DNA from: Octopus sinensis
Lineage: Eukaryota
Direction of reading: 5' to 3'
Assembly (NCBI RefSeq): GCF_006345805.1
Contig: NW_021823603.1
Span: 1 to 24,743 of the forward strand
Length of the DNA: 24,743 bases
This document shows positions 21,724-24,743 of this stretch, piece after piece. Made by a program: the position numbers and the translations under genes. The first letter of the stretch is position 1; each line of letters starts with the position of its first letter. Below the pieces are notes generated by a model. It searched no databases. It was not told the origin of the DNA and was given only the letters and a program-made list of their open reading frames with translations.

Positions 21724-22655
21724 CTTATTTTATCGAACTTTCGTTAGCTTTGGCTGCCATTTCTAGCATATGGCTAGCCTTCTTGACGGCCTGATCGATT
21801 TGCTCGGTCTGCCGCTCCGCTCTGAGTTCAAATTCCGCCGAGGTCGGCCTTGCTTTTCATTCGTTCGGGGTCGATTATATAAGTACCAGTTACGCACTGG
21901 GGTCAATATAATCGACTTAATACCTTTGTCTGTCTTTGTTTGTCTTCTGGGTGTTTAGCTCATTGTGGGTAATAAAGAAATAGGTACGTTGTCTGCCGCT
22001 ACGGTCTGAGTTCAAATTCCGCCGAGGTCGACTTTGCCTTTCATCCTTCGGGGTCGATAAATTAACATATACACAAAGACAGACAGACACACACACACAC
22101 GCACATACATACATACACACATACATAGAAACATACATACATACATACATACATACATACATACATACATACATACATACTTACATACATACATAAGTCA
22201 GAGAGAGAGTGCCGCTACATTGTTGCTCAGTATCCTAGAAATAGCAACCAAATCACCCTGTGATTACCTAACCCTTGTACATAGATGATAGTTGTGATTA
22301 TCCCAGTCGTATTACCTGCTCATTTACGGCTGTCAGAGTTAGACAATAATTAATTTGCTACACAGCTGTAATCGACTTAATCGTCTGCTATTACGTTCTG
22401 AGTTCAAGTTCCGCCGAGGTCGACTGTGCCTTTCATCATTTCAGGGTCGATAAATAAAGTACCAGTTTCGCACTGGAGTCGATGTAATCGACTTAATCCG
22501 TATGTCTGTCATTGTTTGTCCCCTGTGCGTTTAGCCCCTTGTGGGTAGTTAAGAAATAGGTATTTTGTCTGCCGCTCCGCTCTGAGTTCAAATTCCGCCG
22601 AGGTCGGCCTTGCTTTTCATTCGTTCGGGGTCGATTATATAAGTACCAGTTACGC
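20363..22655 (+). repeat. Two ~1.3-kb tandem composite units, each led by (GA)n and rich in 185-bp SINE-derived monomers
   Basis: GACTTATTTTATCGAACTTTCG at 20424 and 21722 (offset 1298), and identical ORFs at 20472/21770. The content is homologous to 5495-6265. Confidence 0.93.
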
Positions 22656-22817
22656 GTAAATTGGCTGTGGCTGCAAATGTAATTAAAATGTAATTAAAAT
22701 AACTTACTCTTCGGCCAAAACAAGTGTATATACACACACATACATGTATACATACATACATACATACATGCATGCATGCATACACAGGCAGCTCAGATTT
22801 TCGTCAATGAAAAGCCT

Positions 22818-22855
<38 letters not shown>

Positions 22856-22869
22856 TATATATCTTGATG

Positions 22870-22875
<6 letters not shown>

Positions 22876-22950
<75 letters not shown>

Positions 22951-23034
22951 GAGAGAGATAGAGTGAGAGAGAGAGATAGAGTGAGAGAGAGAGGAGGAGA
23001 GAGAGAGAGAGAGAGGAGAGAGGGGAGAGAGGGG

Positions 23035-23132
<98 letters not shown>

Positions 23133-23657
23133 GATAGAGAGAGGGAGAGGGAGAGAGAGACGGAGAGAGAGATAGAGAGAGAGAGAGAGACTTATTTTAT
23201 CGAACTTTCGTTAGCTTTGGCTGCCATTTCTCAAATCGTCAATGAAGAAGCAGACCGAACTCAACTCCAGTCTGATCTATATGCTGTGAGTCAATGGGCA
23301 GACAGAAACAAAATGCAACTGAACGAGGGAAAATTTGAGCTGATGCATTTTGGAAGAAACTCCTCACTAAAACAGCCATACTCTCTTCCTTCAGCGGAAC
23401 CGCTCACAGCCTCTAACAATATCAGAGACCTGGGTGTAATTGTTGATGACGATCTCAGTTGGAGTGCACACATCAACAAGAAGGTCGATATAGCTCGTAG
23501 GATGAGTTCCTGGATCTTAAGAACTTTCCGGTCCAGAGAACAAGGTGTCATCATATCACTTTTTTCCTCCTTTGTACGGCCACACCTTGAATACTGCTGC
23601 CCACTGTGGTCTCCTCACACAAGACAAAACATCTCCAGAATTGAGTCACCCCAGAGG
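22876..23657 (+). mobile_element. Duplicated (GA)n plus the 5' part of the truncated CR1-like LINE (LINE part 23226-23657)
   Basis: Matches ~2430-3244 at offset 20413. I see three substitutions in the LINE part, and the 5' junction is identical. Confidence 0.93.
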
Positions 23658-23734
23658 TCACCAAATGTTGAAACGGAGATAAAAAAGAAACTGTTCTTGA
23701 AATATCGGTTTCAAATCGAGGTACAAGACCATTA

Positions 23735-23835
23735 ATGTTTTTGGAAGGGTTAACCGATTATATTGACCCCAGAACTGGTACTTGTTTAGCTACCCTGGAA
23801 GGAAGAAAAACAAAGTCGACCTCGGCAGAATTTGA
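23735..23835 (-). mobile_element. Degenerate SINE core fragment
   Basis: AAAGTCGACCTCGGCAGAATTTGA is the reverse complement of the monomer core. Another decayed copy lies at ~24670-24735. Confidence 0.6.
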
Positions 23836-23837
23836 TG

Positions 23838-23849
23838 TCTTTCCTCTCC

Positions 23850-23909
<60 letters not shown>

Positions 23910-24017
23910 TTTCTTTCTTTCATTCTCTCCCTTCTTTGCATTCTTTATCCCTCTCTCCCTTTTACTGTCTTCATTCATACCTTTCTCTCATACTCTCCCA
24001 CGCTCTGACTCTGTCTG

Positions 24018-24069
<52 letters not shown>
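23838..24069. repeat. Polypyrimidine tract: (CTTT)n and (CT)n
   Basis: Directly visible. Confidence 0.95.
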
Positions 24070-24743
24070 CGGCTATTACATTCTCAACATTCGGCTAGAC
24101 AGAAGACAGAATTCTGAGGGGTTGTCACTGTCTGCTCCTGACTACACAGGCATCTGAAACAATTAGCAAAAGTATGCTACATACTACCAAGTCCTCTTTG
24201 TTTCTCAGTCACAGCTATGCTCCCTGCTGTTAATAAACTCCTTCTTCTTACTTACCACTGATGTGGTCCAATGAAACCCCTTGTTACTCCTTTTCTCCGA
24301 ATCAAGCATGGAATTTCTTTGTCAGACACAACTAAGGTAACTAGACAATCCCCATATAGGAAATTCCAGTTAAGTTTTTAAATCCTTCTCTTGTGGCTTA
24401 GAGACGTGTAGTGAACAGGAGAGGGATGTGAATTGATCCATGGACTGCACAGATGGTTCCTACTATCAACTCAGTGACACACCAATCCTTTGCTTTTTAC
24501 ATCTACTTTAAATTTTGATGAAAATCTAAGAATCCATCCCTGAAAGGATGCTCGGGAGAAAGTGGGAGGAATACATTTTCTCAAAGTGAACAAAAAGCCA
24601 TAGTTACAAGGGGCCTGACCTATTGTGGGTGTTTGCTAGTTTATTACTTCAACACTGATATGAACCTGCTTCTTATTTTATCGACACTAAAAGGTTAAAT
24701 GTGAATGTTAGCATTGGCAGAATTCGAACCCAGACATGGAAAA

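Noticed and set aside
20500-22655. CRISPR-like array suggested by the regularly recurring AGTTCAAATTCCGCCGAGG
   Set aside because: The intervening sequence is also repeated, the period is ~185 bp, there are no cas genes, and the context is a eukaryotic SINE.
1373-23175. Dozens of ORFs rich in YI, HT, CV, RE or SL dipeptides
   Set aside because: They are stop-free translations of (TA)n, (CA)n, (TG)n and (GA)n microsatellites and show no protein-like complexity.

Overview
AT-rich eukaryotic DNA with very high microsatellite density. The repeat families look like those I recall from Octopus genomes, which is an inference and was not checked. No prokaryotic genes, rRNA, tRNA genes or CRISPR arrays are present, and most ORFs in the track are translations of (TA)n, (CA)n or (GA)n tracts. 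The supportable content is decayed transposons: two copies of a 5'-truncated CR1/L2-group LINE, a second CR1-like family, an RTE LINE fragment, a DD34D mariner pseudogene, Helitron-like ends, MITE-like elements and several tRNA-derived SINE families. These are overlaid by recent local duplications: a ~2.99-kb tandem pair, a ~1.3-kb permuted pair and a copy displaced by 20.4 kb. The best leads are (1) a 236-bp palindrome with a degenerate minimal-hammerhead-like core at its centre, (2) a structured 3' tail shared by two LINE families and the SINEs, (3) headless SINE multimers, (4) an 18-bp motif recurring about 20 times, and (5) a low-confidence 4-exon minus-strand gene model at 6.9-8.0 kb. I found no firm evidence of a wholly new biological system.
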